64,000 nt of DNA from Lingula anatina. Its lineage: Eukaryota > Animalia > Brachiopoda. Location: the NCBI GenBank assembly GCA_051362555.1, contig CM120642.1:8060001-8124000 (forward strand), given 5' to 3'. This document shows, piece after piece, positions 38,360 to 51,795 of this stretch. The stretch's first letter is position 1, and every line of letters begins with the position of its first letter. The position numbers and the translations under genes were made by a program. The notes under the pieces are model-generated. The model saw only the letters and a list, made by a program, of their open reading frames with translations, was not told the DNA's origin and searched no databases.

Positions 38360-41300
38360 AACGACAAAGGACAATCGAAAAAATACTTGGATTACATGTT
38401 TAGATTCAATATATAGGTCTATTATTAAGTCACCATTATGACTTTGTATTATATTTGGTTACCAATGTGAAACCCTCAAACACACGTAAACGGTGGATGT
38501 TGTATAATCTATAGAATTATGGAACAGAAATTAATCAAGGTAGCCATTACGACCCCCTTCTCAAGGGACGAACGCTGCGACTTCCGAAAAACTAGGAACT
38601 TCAAAGGTATCATGGAATTAATTCATGAGTGTAAACCGAAGAGTCGGACGTGCGTTCCTGTTCATTCTGCATGTTTTCACTCGTGTAATACAATGGAGGA
38701 TGATTACGGCAGGCAAATTATGAGGATAAAATCTGTTGAATGTGCTTCGCGAATCGTTCGAGTTATCTATAGAAAGACCGGGTTGCGAAGTTTTTTTGTG
38801 CCCTGGATTTCTGATTAAGTCTATCATTGCACGCGTTTATAATGTTGATTCCCATGGGTCGTTATTCTCAATCAGAGAGAAAGAACTTTGTTGTTCAGAA
38901 ATATTCAACGAATGTACTCATGCAACTTCCTAAAAATATGTCATAAAACTTACATGGTTATCGCGTTAGTCATTTCATTCTAAACATTATTTTTGTGAAA
39001 AGCAGACGATGAACCCGTTAATGCAAAAGAATAAAATATATTGCCATTCTGTGTTCAACTCTAAAAACCTGAAAATGCACAAACGGGTCGGCATTACCCA
39101 TTCCACGCACGTTTTGTTGTCTTTGTCATGACTTGCTGAAGCTTTACGTGCATTAGAACGTCGCCTGGTGTAGTTAATGGCGAAAAAAGTAAAGGTTACT
39201 CGGGCTAATAGCTGTGTCAGTCATTACAGAAGGAAGGCACATTAGAGTCTTTTCAACAGATCTCGACCTCGGTGCCACCTCATTGTCGAAGCGCTCTATC
39301 AGTTGGTGCGCTGCTGGCTGCCACATCATTTTCATATATAAATTTTTAAAGATGGGGGATTAATTCCTTCCATTTACGGTGGTAAATGCGTTGTGTGTCG
39401 CAGCATTATTTTCCGAGACAGGCCGAGCGTTTTCTGGCAGGTTTGAAAGTCAACCAACTGGAAGGGGTAATAAGGGTTAAAGGCTGCCATATGTATATCT
39501 TTCATGACTCATGTTCGTGTAGTTTGAAACATTTACTGTAAAAAGACACAATGCGGGTTCTAACCTTAGTCGCGACCCTTGTGCATCATCGTTGTGCACC
39601 ATAAAATGCTGAAAATCACAGAATGGATGTAATTGTTCCGGTAACTTGTAAAACAAGGATTCACGCCAGTAGTTTTTTTTTTTTTTTTTTTTTTTTTTTA
39701 CTCAACTTTAAGGTCCGTTTACGACTGTCAAGTTGAAGTATTCACGAAGTGCACCAGCGACTGTACTAATATGCTCTTCAGAAGACGAACTTAATCAAAC
39801 TCCCCCCCCCCCCCCCTCCCGCATCCTGAGGCGAGAGGATGGTTTTAAGCCTTCCACCCTGCTGGCCACGACAGAACATGCGGTTTCCTTTTTTTTAAGC
39901 ATTGATATTTAGGAGCGCCCAAGTTGTCATTTATTCTTCTCCCTAGTCGTGGGTAGCAGAGTCTTTTTTATCAAGGTTATTAACAGCTTTTTATCAAGGT
40001 AATAAACAGACAGGAGTGCACTGAGCACATGGACTGTACTCAAGTAAAATTTCCACCCCTTTATATCTAATCCATTATTCATTGTCATTCAGTTCACCTT
40101 CGTTGATTGACAAAACTGCCTTTACACACAGTCGAACGTCAGCGTCAAATTTCTTGTCGTTTCTGGCCGTCCACCCCGAGGTTCAGCGTCATTTCGATGA
40201 CTCTTCACTTTTTAAGTCTCGCAGGTGCAAGCTGGTATAGAGAGGGGAGAGCTGCAAAACGACATTGTTCGATTGCCGACCCGTGCCCAATAAATATGCC
40301 TGGAAATTCAGGGTGTACCTGTCACTCACTACTTACGCATACTGGATGCTTCACGGGGATGGTTCCTGCCACCAAGGCAGGGTTATCACGGGTTATCTTC
40401 CGTACTTGAATTAGATTATTTAGAGACAGATAAGAAAACATTGGTCGGCTTTCTAAAGATATATAACACCGACTGTCTGTGGATAAATTCGAGCACTTGC
40501 TGTAATAATGTTACGGAGGAGTGACACGGCCACCGGGAGATGGGAAAGACTTCAGTTTTTTTTTCCTCTATCCTTTTTGTGATTGTTAAATGCAAGAGAC
40601 GTACACACACGCACGACGACATGCCGAATTTGTGCTTTTTTCTCCTTGGTATATCAATAACAGTCCTTTCAGGAAGGTCACTAGACAACCATCACAAAGA
40701 CTTAAAGCATTTAAAACACGATGGTAACGGAAGAACTAAATAGACCAAAAGAAATCGTTAGGCAACGCAGCAAAGTGCTACCAAAAATCTCTAAATTGTT
40801 GAAACAAATACTCATATTTATTTTACCAATTTAAAGATAATTTAAAGTGCAGCGATATCTAAGAATATGATCTTTACTCTGTTTGTTTTTCATTTTGGTC
40901 GATTCTAGAAGCGTTTCTCAATCTTTTTTCAATGCCTTTCGCATTTGTCTTGAACAAATATTATAAAACACTCCACCAGGATTAGCGATAAGGTTCTTTT
41001 TTTAAATGTCCGGGGGTTCTTGGATTAGAGTACTGTAAAACAACCTTACTTACGACGGGCCTCCCAAGTAACAAGATGTGACGTAACGCACCATGACGTC
41101 ACAACACTAAACAGCCTCGGTGTCGAGCAGTACAAGTTTTGGTCCTTGAAGATAATTATCCTCCGTAAAGACTCGATAACGTGACAGGTTTGAGGTGCTG
41201 AAAACACTTAAAAAACACCCCGCTGATGAGAAGCTTTGAAGACCTAGACGTTATTTTATTGGTGGTATAAGCTGATAGCGCGTAGTTATTGAGCTGAGGG

Positions 41301-42084
41301 CGTTCAGAGAGTTCACAATTAAGTTTGGCTACGGTGGAAAAAGACGGTTTATTGTCTTCGTTGGAATTCAGTTCCGTAGTTAAAGACATGTTTAGTTATA
41401 GAAAACTTAAAAGGTTTAAAGCTTACAAAACGTGCGCCCGCATCAATCGCCTAATCATTGGGGGTGAACAGAAGGAAAGAGTATCATGAAATACGAAATA
41501 GCATCATGAAGGACCCACGTATAATTGAATTCCTATAATAATAGAACCCCCGCTGCTGTATTAAGAGCACGTTGAAAAATCATTAAGGGCGATTCAATTC
41601 TCATTAAACTTGATTTGAGATCTTCAACAACGACCACATAGAATGCGAGTCACCTAGTCTGTTACAGAAGACAGTGTGATTTATGAGTAGCTCTCAAACA
41701 CTTCAAACTTGACAGTCTCTTTGCAGGTAGAAGAAAAACTGAAAAGGGGGATTAAGATAATTGTTGAAATTTTGTGATAATCGGGCTTAGATGTCGGGTT
41801 TAAGCAGAAGAGAGGCTTGTTGAAAACGCTGTCAAACGATATGATTTCTGCCAAGGCACTTCTTATATTGCCCACTTGTCACTCGAGTTAGGACGGCCTA
41901 TCTCGGGGTTTGTCAAGTCGCTACGATCCACCCCTCCCTTTTCTAGTTGGAAAACCTTCAACCTGCCCGACGGGTTCCCTGCGGCAATGTCAAAACTGTA
42001 TTCCATCAGCTTTTTCAGCAAATAACTGATTTATTAGTAAATCAACCCATGTCTTAGTTTATTAGTTTTACCTGTGTTTTTGAC

Positions 42085-42258
42085 GGGGGCGTCTCGATAG
42101 TCCGAAGGTTCATTGGTCCGAAGGTTCATTGGTCCGAAAAGTGGTAACATTTTCATCGATTTTTTAATCAAGGGTTCATTGGTCCGAAGGTTCTATAGTG
42201 AACATTCGGACCAATGAACCTTCGGACTATTGAACCTTCGGACTATCGCTACGGCCCC
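42085..42258. mobile_element. Mutator/MULE-type (foldback-like) MITE, 174 bp
   Basis: Perfect 9-bp TSD GTTTTTGAC (42076-42084, 42259-42267); TIRs built of 16-bp GTCCGAAGGTTCATTG units in opposite orientation; GGGG...CCCC termini. Confidence 0.92.
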
Positions 42259-45200
42259 GTTTTTGACTATCTGCAAGCAGGGCATATTCAGTGACAAGAA
42301 CAATTTTGCTTTTTATATTGGACTACTAGTGGGCGTGACGCTGACAAATTTGATATAGGCCTATCTTCCTCCTGCTACTGTCTGTGTCATTTATCACGTC
42401 CTTGAAATGAACATAAATCTCAACTTCCATCGATTTTTTTTCTATCTCCTTCGTTTGACTTTCCCACCGCGTCAGGTGTTTCACCCCGAACATGAGCCCT
42501 CCGCTAAATCCAACCAAACGCCATGTTTTATTTGTACCCTGTCCACTCTGGGGCCTCTCCATCACGAGCGATTTGAAACCTATCACTAGTTTGTCCACAA
42601 AAGTCAGCCACAGCCAGCCATTCAAACACCTGTGATTTTACGAACAATACCTCAATGGAGTTGACAGATTTTTCTCAGTCCACAAAGGCAAAGTAAGTCC
42701 AAATACGCCAAGGGTTTGAATATCAAAGCCAGAACCTTTTTGATTGTGATTGAAAAGCACGGCAAGCAACAATACATCAATGTTTTGTTTCGGCGTATTT
42801 ATTCGCGCTTTTTGGTGACCCCTATTTTGCGTGGAACAAAGTCGGACAAAGTATACCGAGTTGACCTCGCTAAAAGAGAGCGATGCCACTTATTTACACG
42901 GCTTAATCAAATGGGCAAAAATATTGTTATCAAAATTCGATTGGTCTGGCAATACAACTTACTAAGTTAAAGTAACACCTATCGATTAAGAAGAAATCGC
43001 TGCATGTCAATAAAACTCATGCATCTGGAAGAACCTGTAAAAAAGCTCAGTTTTCAATATTTGCCCGCATTTGAACTGTTTCTTCCTTTAAGTTTGGAGG
43101 CTTAGTTGGTTTAGTCGAGCAAGCAAAGAATTAATGGGGAAGTCGCTTGTCGCAGCCAAGTCAGGCTAAGTATGTGACGCAACCTCCGGCTAGCTTCTTA
43201 GTGGCCTGATTTCACCCTAATCAAGTATAAAATGACCACGAATAGAAAAACAGCTGTAGGTTTTAGCTGGAGACCACGATTCACTGCACTCAGTAGTTAC
43301 CTTTATCGACGGAATGAGCGACTTAACAAAAACTGCTTACTTAGACCTGATATGCCAAGCAAATTGGACGTAGTTTGAAACTTCAATAAACGACAAAGTA
43401 ATCGTTCTCACAGCTGAACGGGTCTTTTTTTTTACTTCGAAGAATCAGTTCCACTGTTATACATCAGTATCTTATAAATTTTGAAGATATGTTCCTATAT
43501 ATGCAATTAGTTGTTACGCCAACCTTAATCATAAAACGTATTTTCCTTTCTCTGGAGATGCACGTCTAGACGTCTAAACAAGTGTGTGTGTGTGCACGCA
43601 CGCGAGTGTGTGTGTTTTACGTGCAGAAATATGGATTTTACTTCTGCTGCTGTTTCTTTCTTTCTTTCCTTTTTTTCCGTTGACAAAATTGGTCTTGAGA
43701 CTTGAGCCGGGTCGGGGAGCGTGGCCAAGCATCGCGTTGAGGTCACGTGTCACGCGCACTTCAAAGCCAGTGTATCGGACTTGACGCGCCTCATGCATCG
43801 ATTTCATTTACACTGCCTTTTTCATTTTATAACTTCATATTCGGTCCGTCGTCACCATGAGCTCCTATGTACACCTACGTCAATATCTTATACAATGCGC
43901 GCTAACTTTTTATTAAGTTTCCACTCCAAATTTAAGTGTTCTTATCATCATGGTTTATTGTCAGCGATGATGCGTCGATATAAATTCGAACGAGGTCATT
44001 ATTTTGGGGGCCTTATCATTATCTCATTCCGATTACGATTACGGTAAAAGTGAATCACCAATGGGCTTACTGTGAGGCATATTTCATCACTACAATCAAA
44101 TGCTAATGATGTAATTTAGAAGGTAAAGATCAAAATGGCAAACGAGGAAAAACGCTAATGTTAAGGGCGGGCTACTTCGGATTAAGTTATTGCTACATTG
44201 ATTATTACAGGGGGGATTAGTGTTATACGCCCCATTTCGTAATCTTGACGTTTACGTAACTGATGTTTAGGTAAAATTATCAATGTGCTCGGTCCATCGG
44301 ACCCAGGAACAAACACAATGAACGAGACCCTAATTTGTCCTCGTTTAAGTATAATTTTCCTTCATTAATAAATCACCAATCCATCTTTTCTCCAACTTAA
44401 TTTTTTCTTTTCTTGACTGGAATCGCGATGAAGGAAACCACGTCATATATGAGACAAGTCTGCTGCTCCCAATTCACATGAGTTAAAAGGAATATAGAGC
44501 CTATATACTCGGCTTACCTCAGGAGCACAGACTTTAATCATGAAACGTACTACTCACACTCGAGAACGTACGTGTACCACAGAAATCACCAACGTTCTCT
44601 TTGAAGATTGACACCTCTTGCCCTGCGGCAGAGAAGCGTACTTTGCTTTTCAATCACCATAATTAATTCCCCGGAGCCATTTTTATTTCAAAAAAACATA
44701 AACGTCATGTTTTTTCATTCTAGTGACAGCTTTTACGCGTGTCAACGTAGGCCCTAACGGGTGTTATTATTTTAAATTATGTGTAACAATACCCGCTCAT
44801 TCTGTGTTGGTTCTCACCATGGAACGAACATGGTCTTGTTCAGGGGTATTCGGCACATCAGTGCGGAACACATTGTGTGCTATACACCCTTCTAATATAC
44901 AGCAACAGACGTACGGAATTAAAATATTACACAGTCCGATTTGTCCCTAGTTACAAGCTGTACTTATTTCATTTTGCACCATTCATAAAATACTTTGGCC
45001 TTGAATATTTTTCATTTCCCCCGCTTCTGAGCCAACTTGTCATTAACTTTCTGTAATCTGGCTTTCTTGCACTTAGAAGTCACCGAGTTCTCTTTTAACT
45101 AACATGACCTTATTAGCTTTTTGTTGGCGGGCTTTGTAATATTGGAAAAGTCACTGACTCTTAGTTCAGCCAATCGACCTGAACGGACCACATGGTTCAT

Positions 45201-47461
45201 TTGAAATGTGGGGGAGGGCCCCCTAGCACAAAGAAAGTAACAATAGCTTATTACCGAGCTGTGACAGATCGAAACAGGGGGTAATGGAGAAATGTTTCAA
45301 TGCCGCGTGGAAGTTCTTATTTAGATAAGTACACCTAACAGCATGTTATAAGTACGCGAGTGTTCTGGATGCAAGGCTAGGTAATGATAGAGCTCTGAAT
45401 TCAACCCTAAAACGAAGCTGACAGATTGCCCTCAAAGTCATTCCAACTGTAAAAGGTGCAAAGGGGTCTACCTATTCGATGAAATGTTCCATTAAATACA
45501 TGTACGTGCACTGAGAAGCGAAATCTTGAAGCACAACGTAATCAGGACCTTTCTTACCATTAACATTTACTTAAAAATCAGAGATGCTAAGCTTTGTTCA
45601 GAGAGAGAGACAACGTCGAGGCATACATCTTTAAGCTACATCTTACATAAAGAGTATCGATCTATGATCGATCGATTTCCTGCAGGACTTGATGTTAAGT
45701 CCCATAAAGTTGACATATCGTGAGGGCGTATGTTTGCTCTCTTGAAGCATTATTGGCGACTACGCTGCAAGGCCGCTGTGTTCTGTTGGCCATTGTAGAG
45801 TTACATGGCCTTGCACCTTTGCTTTTCACCGAAGTTGAAATATTAAAATATCTCGAAAATTTTGCTGAAATCTAATCTAAAGGGGGCGATAAAGTGAGCT
45901 GCATTTTAATGAAATAGCCTCCCCCTCTCTGCTCTTCTCTTCTTCAACACAGATCTACCTTAATATTGTGCTCATTGACAAAATAAATAGAAGAAAAGGA
46001 AATAAAAACGCACTTTGTCCATTTTTATACTACATAAAACCCATGTGAAGCCGTGGATAGGGACTACGCGTCGGTATTACTGGGTATGGACCTGTACAAG
46101 AGGCGATGTTGAAAGTCGACCAACAGAACATAAGTCTTCAGTGGGTTATGTCTGCCCCAACCCCTCCTCCATCCTCTTGTTCAGACCCAGGGATAGGATC
46201 TGCTCAGTTCGGCCTGACCTTAGCACTCCTGTTTCATATTTACACGGAGATAACTCACGTTCACCAAAACATCGTAAATTCACCACAGTTGTAAAAATGT
46301 CACCCGGTAATATGCCAGTTAGTTGATTATCATCCCTAATGCGAAATTATCATATAGAAAGCTTTTTATACTCTATGGGAACGCAGAGAAAGGGTTTAAT
46401 ATACAGCGTCTGTGTTACCTGTATAAGCGTCTGTAATTTACCTGTGTTGTGTTACGCAATGAGGAGCAGATGATGATACGAATGAGCGAACCTTGAAAAT
46501 TACCAGAGATAATTTACTCCAGGTTTATCATATATTGGCCCGCCTTTTTTCTTCGTTCAGGTGAGCGGGAAGCGAGGGGATGTGAAGAACACTTCGTTAA
46601 GTGGATTGCACGTTGAAAACTACTTGAGGCACCCTGAGTGTCATGCTGATGATATGGGTTAGTTCCCGGTAAACTCTCAAACACAGGGTGAGTGTACTGG
46701 ATCCGGGTTTAGAACACGCCAGACATGATGGGCATTGATCTACGTTTTTCTCGGATTATTGCATAATATTAAAGTTTCTGCAAAACCTGAAACACTTACA
46801 ACCAAATATTTCAGATGAAAAAAAAATTGGTGTGACGTCTTTAGAGCAATAAATTAGCATTACGCTAAATTTCAAAGAAAACCCCCGAAGACCGTTCCAT
46901 GCATACTTTACGCATCCCTGGTTTGTTAAAATCAGGACTCAGCATCCGTACATACTTTTAATTGGCTTCTATGTTTAACTTGCACTTTTTGCAGTAACCG
47001 AGTTCTCGCGGTTTCAGTGGCAACGTCGGGGAACATATAGACGCTCCTCCCATGCGTGAAACGCCACAGCGCGTTTTGAGTTAACCGTGTACAAAGTCAC
47101 TGAAAGGCCGCGAACAAAGTGTCCCATAAATATACTACGTAAAATATGAGCATTTTGAGAGTAGTACTTAACCTTGCTAGGGATCATTTATTTTATTGAC
47201 TAGGTGGCACTCGTATTTCGCTTTTCATGTCGGGTGTTTTATTATACGATCCCAGACTCGAGTTCTTTTATAAGTTTTATCAAAAGCAAATACAACGCAT
47301 TCCTGATCACCAACCGTAAGTATGGCTTCGAGAGGCCGACAGAATAAATAAAAAATGGTTTCTTTATGTAAAAGAAGTGTTGCCGTCTGCATGATGCAGA
47401 GGGTTCAGCGTAAACAAACACTATTAACGTGTTTTTGAAACATGTGGCACAAGGCTATGCG

Positions 47462-47592
47462 TTTGCGTGTTTTTATATATGAGAGAGAGAGAGAGAGAGA
47501 GGCTGTCTACATTAAAAAAAACATATAATCACGTAAGAAATGTCCTTTTTAAGTCAGTAACAGAAAACATTTCCCGTGCTTTTGCGTGTTTT

Positions 47593-47634
<42 letters not shown>

Positions 47635-47700
47635 TACATAAAAACCATATAATCACGTAAGAAATGTCCTTTTTAAGTCTCAGTAACAGAAAACATTCCC
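47462..47700. repeat. ~120-bp tandem duplication containing (GA)n
   Basis: TTTGCGTGTTTTTATAT-(GA)n-GTCTACAT...CATATAATCACGTAAGAAATGTCCTTTTTAAGTC...AGTAACAGAAAACATT present twice. Confidence 0.92.
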
Positions 47701-49470
47701 CGCACCCTCTAAGCGTGTTTAGAACGTTCCTAACACGGCGCCACAAGGGCATTAGTAATAGCATCATATACATCGTAATGCATCTCAAATTTGTTGATTC
47801 CTTTATATACCAATGTTTTCACTGTTATCCTAACACTGTAAGCAAGGCAAAGGTGGAAGAGGATTACCATTGCACCGGGATTAACCGTGACCCAATACCT
47901 GAACAGGTGGTCAAGCCAGCGTCTGTGTCCAGCAGTCTTATCAGACAACCATTATAGTTCACTGGTGGTCAATTACAATGTGTATCTTGATATCAAAAGC
48001 GAAGGCAAACCTTAAGATAATGGATCGTTCATTTACACCTACTGCTTAGAATGCAATAACGTAATAATAACGTGAACTGATGACATAAGGGCGAACCGGG
48101 AAGGGGGGCTGGGGGGGGGGGGCTGGGGCGTTTTTATTCTGTTTTATTCAATGTGAAATCTCAGAACAACTTTATGAATATTTGTCAACCAATGGTTGGA
48201 ATCTGTATCATTTGACCTCTGGTTTAAAAGCCATGACCACCGCTTATGGTCAGTGTTGATTTCAACCGATATCCACCCTGCACCCTAAAGTTCGGACCAC
48301 ACTAAAACGAAATAATATTTACTCTCTGATACAATGCAGCAATAGACCGTAGATTGTAACACGATGCAGTAAGGGTGTGATTCCCAAGGTGTCTCCTCTC
48401 CAAATTTCCCATTACATACGTAGCTATTGATGTGAGAAATACAGTACTCATTCTTGGCCAAATTGCAATGAGTTTCAGTCAAGACCATAGGTGGTACTAC
48501 GAGGAAGGGCATATTCTGATAGATTACTATTATTCCAGACAGACCCGAGGTCGATTTAAAGAAAAGTATCACGCTGTTTTGGCACCTGCGGAGTGTGTGT
48601 GTTGTTCTATGCGGCGCATCTCGACCGGCTCTCAGACTAAGTGTGGTCATTTATCATATACTTTAAAACACCTGAGCTCCGCGTCCGTGAGTCTGACTGT
48701 TGTATCGTGATACTCCATTACTTATAACTACCTACTGCATATTGTGTAAATAAGTACCTGGGCCGTCACTATATTATACAATGACATCTGTCCATCGTGT
48801 TGAGAAAGTGGAAAGTGCGGGACAGGTAACTAATTATCAAGCTCCCGAGGACTATACCATAACATCGTGATATACACCAATTTGAACGTGGGCTAATACA
48901 CGAAAGCTGACAATATAACGTGTGTTCTACAGGTTTACTTAATCTGTGGTTAGTCAGCGATTTTTTGTAACATATTCAACTTTCTCCTCCACCTAAAAAA
49001 AACACCGGTCCTGCCAAGACCGCGTCGTGATTGAACCCATTTTTCACTCGACTTGATATATATCATAATAGCTTGTCAGGACAGTGGGCTTCACCATGTC
49101 TTGTATGTAGTCCGTTAACCTCTACAAATTTGGAATTTAACAAAGTAATCATCATGAGCTTGGCTGTCTCGTGAAATTATACTTTTAATGCGTCCCCAGT
49201 CGGCGTCATCTGCTTTAAGTTGTCTCACCTGCTCGTACTATGTCAGGTACTCTACGAAGCATAAGGTGAGAGCCCCGCAGGCTTTAACTGTTAAGTCCCC
49301 TTGTTGTGGCTTAACACTGGTTCGTAGTACTATATATCACGACCTCTCTATCTCTTAGGTCTCACACGGGTAAACGTACATGTTCAACGCTGTCAAGCAA
49401 TTCACAGGGTTATACGTATGCATGTAAACAGCAAACATTACCGCTCGCTGTATAAGGCAAAGTGACTTAC

Positions 49471-49543
49471 CCTTTGTTAACTCCACTAAACAGCACAGGG
49501 TTATGACACCTAGAACTCCCTCGAGTATTCCACTGGGTTTCAT
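49471..49543 (-). CDS. gogo: gogo/THSD1-like gene, coding exon 1 (signal peptide MKPSGILEGVLGVITLCCLVELTK-G)
   Basis: ATG at 49543, hydrophobic signal-like stretch, then donor AAG G|GTAAGT (plus-strand cttac 49466-49470). 73 nt, phase 1, which matches the phase-1 acceptor of the exon at 24687. Lies in CpG-rich promoter-like sequence. Confidence 0.82.
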
Positions 49544-49549
49544 CGCTCT

Positions 49550-50030
49550 TTAGGACGCGTAATTCCACGTTAAATCCTTCCTTGTCTCTCCATGATATGT
49601 ACGACCCCGACTCCCGTCCGTGATTAACTGAGATCCATGTTAAGAGCGGCGTTAAGTGTCTTCGCGTCGCAGAGCCGTCTTCACGCGGGCAGCCATGTTG
49701 ACTGACTGACTGCTTGGCGTGTTAGCGTGTGTGTGACAGATCTCAAAGATTATTTAGTCAAGCGTAGGTCCATTGACTGACTGTGTCGCTAGCGCATGCG
49801 GCCGACAGGGCTTCTCTATTATCGTTTGAGTGCGTAAACAGTTCTTTATGGGGTGTTGACTTAAAGAGAAAGACAGCGTGCTTTTCTGGCTGGGAAGTGC
49901 GGAAACTTTTGTTAGATTTTTAAGAAACTGTTGTTGATAATTGGTCGGATGTTGCATTTTAAAGTACGCGTTGTGAGCTCGCGGCACGTTGTGGGGTCCG
50001 CAGGAGTTTGGATCCAATATCCAGTATCCG
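49550..50030 (-). promoter_or_regulatory. CpG-rich putative promoter/5' UTR of the gogo-like gene
   Basis: High CpG density; minus-strand (TCAGT)-type initiator-like repeats running into a YY1-like CAACATGGC (49692-49713); NRF1-like GCGCATGCG at ~49792-49800. The TSS is inferred, not observed. Confidence 0.5.
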
Positions 50031-51785
50031 ATACCTAGCTTTCACTCATTATTACTTGTGAGAGTCATTATAAAAAAGACAGGGGATTCATGGGTAGATT
50101 TTTAAAAAGTTCACCTTGGAGTTTTTTTGTTATTTTCCACCATGGACAAAATTTATCTCGCATAAATTTAACGGATATTTTGATGCCACTCTAGAATTTA
50201 ACTTAAAGAATATAATTGTATGTAACATGTATGAATAGTTTTCAAATGTCCTCAGCTAAATTTTCATAAATGACTGAAAAGGATTGGAAAAGGGAAAATA
50301 AAATGGTTTAGCGAGAAAGAGGTTGGTATGACCAAACGAAACTATAACTCGATTAATACAATTAAAGGATGTCTTTTCGGTAATGTTATTACGCTGTATT
50401 CTCACGTTCATGGACAATAATTCAATAATTTGTAAGAACGTAAGAAAAAACTGCACACGATTAAAAAAACCCCATTTAACTTAGTTGAAAGCGCTGTATC
50501 AGTCATACCGCTTGAAAGGGATTGTGTCAGATAAGCAGCTTGCATCACAATCGCAATTTGAAAATTGCGAAGACTCCGAAGGAGACTGTGCAAGCTACAT
50601 AGGATTTGATTGTGTTACATTTAGGTGCGGATCCGGGGTTTTGCTGAGGGGAGGGGGTACAACGAAAACAATTATGTAAATAAAAATGTAGTATTTTATG
50701 AGGAGCTCAGGGATGTAAAATTTCTTGGCCTTTTTCTCAGTTTTGCTTGTTCTTATCCCTTAAGAAAAAAATTATAGGATCCTATACTATCCTATAGGAA
50801 TTGACAAAATTTCCTATAGAATCTAGTTTACATTTTCATGTCGTTCTCGTTACCTTTTTTCTAATACAATAAACATGTAAGCTTGATAAAAGTGTAACAA
50901 GAGACTTGCTTGTTTGTTATGGTCACCAACGTGGAGGTTTATCGGTTTGTATGGATTAATGAATACCTTGAATTGTCCTGCAGTGGTTTCCAAACACTGT
51001 ATGTCTAAAAGAGGTGTATAAGTCAAGTTGATGCGACTCCAATAGACTCAACAGACGATGCATTCGAGCTGTTTAAAACCAGAAATACCTTAATATTATT
51101 TTTCAGTTTAGCCACTAAGTAGATCTTAGACCCATTTTATGGAAAATGATACAGTTCTAAGCATTTTTCGTTTCACTAGGGTACCTGCCTTTGAAACCAT
51201 TAACGTTTTTTTTTTCATTATTGCATCTCTTCCATTATTTTTTAAATTTCTCAACTGTGACAGTGTTTAGCAGGTAATACCATTGTGTTTTTTTTTTTAT
51301 TTTTTTTTAATTTCACACCTACTGCAATAACTCAGATCTAACTGCAATAACTCGGATTTCTTCAAACTTCCCGGATGTCATAAATATATATTCTCTAGAG
51401 ATATTTCTTTGGGAGATAATAAAACAAAGGATCAGTTTTGATCAGTAAGGGTCTACCAAGGTCCAATATTGAACAAAATGCATAAAAAGACTTAAGATAA
51501 GTTAAAATGGCTTTATTTAGCTTTTTTCGCATAGGCTTACGTAGTATCATTGCAATTTACAGTACATGTACAACGCTATACTAGAGCGTCCAGTGTTTTT
51601 ATTTATGAATTTTGGTAAATTATGAATTTTTCGAATTTCTCAAACCATTAGTTCTAATTTTTATTTTCATTGAACTTAACTTTCCATTTTCAGCAGCATA
51701 AAAGCAGAGTATTGTAAGTATTCTGGGCAAAACCCACCAAGGTGAAACAGATCGATATAAAGTTTATGTACTAAACTCGAAAGTC

Positions 51786-51795
51786 TTTATTTATT
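51786..51795 (-). terminator. Candidate polyadenylation signal of gene 2 (overlapping AATAAA hexamers)
   Basis: Plus strand tttatttatt = minus AATAAATAAA, ~290 nt after the stop codon. The hexamer is common in AT-rich DNA. Confidence 0.4.

Noticed and set aside
40842-41160. Possible Kolobok-type MITE (TTAAAG start, central TGACGT motifs)
   Set aside because: No matching right terminus or second TTAA found.
48285-48710. Overlapping 121-aa and 92-aa ORFs in intron 1
   Set aside because: No recognisable domain, splice pairing or partner exons; treated as chance ORFs, though a BLASTX would be a cheap check.
50757-50830. CCTATAGGA-type short palindromic repeats, a possible transposon end
   Set aside because: Single short fragment with no partner end or TSD.
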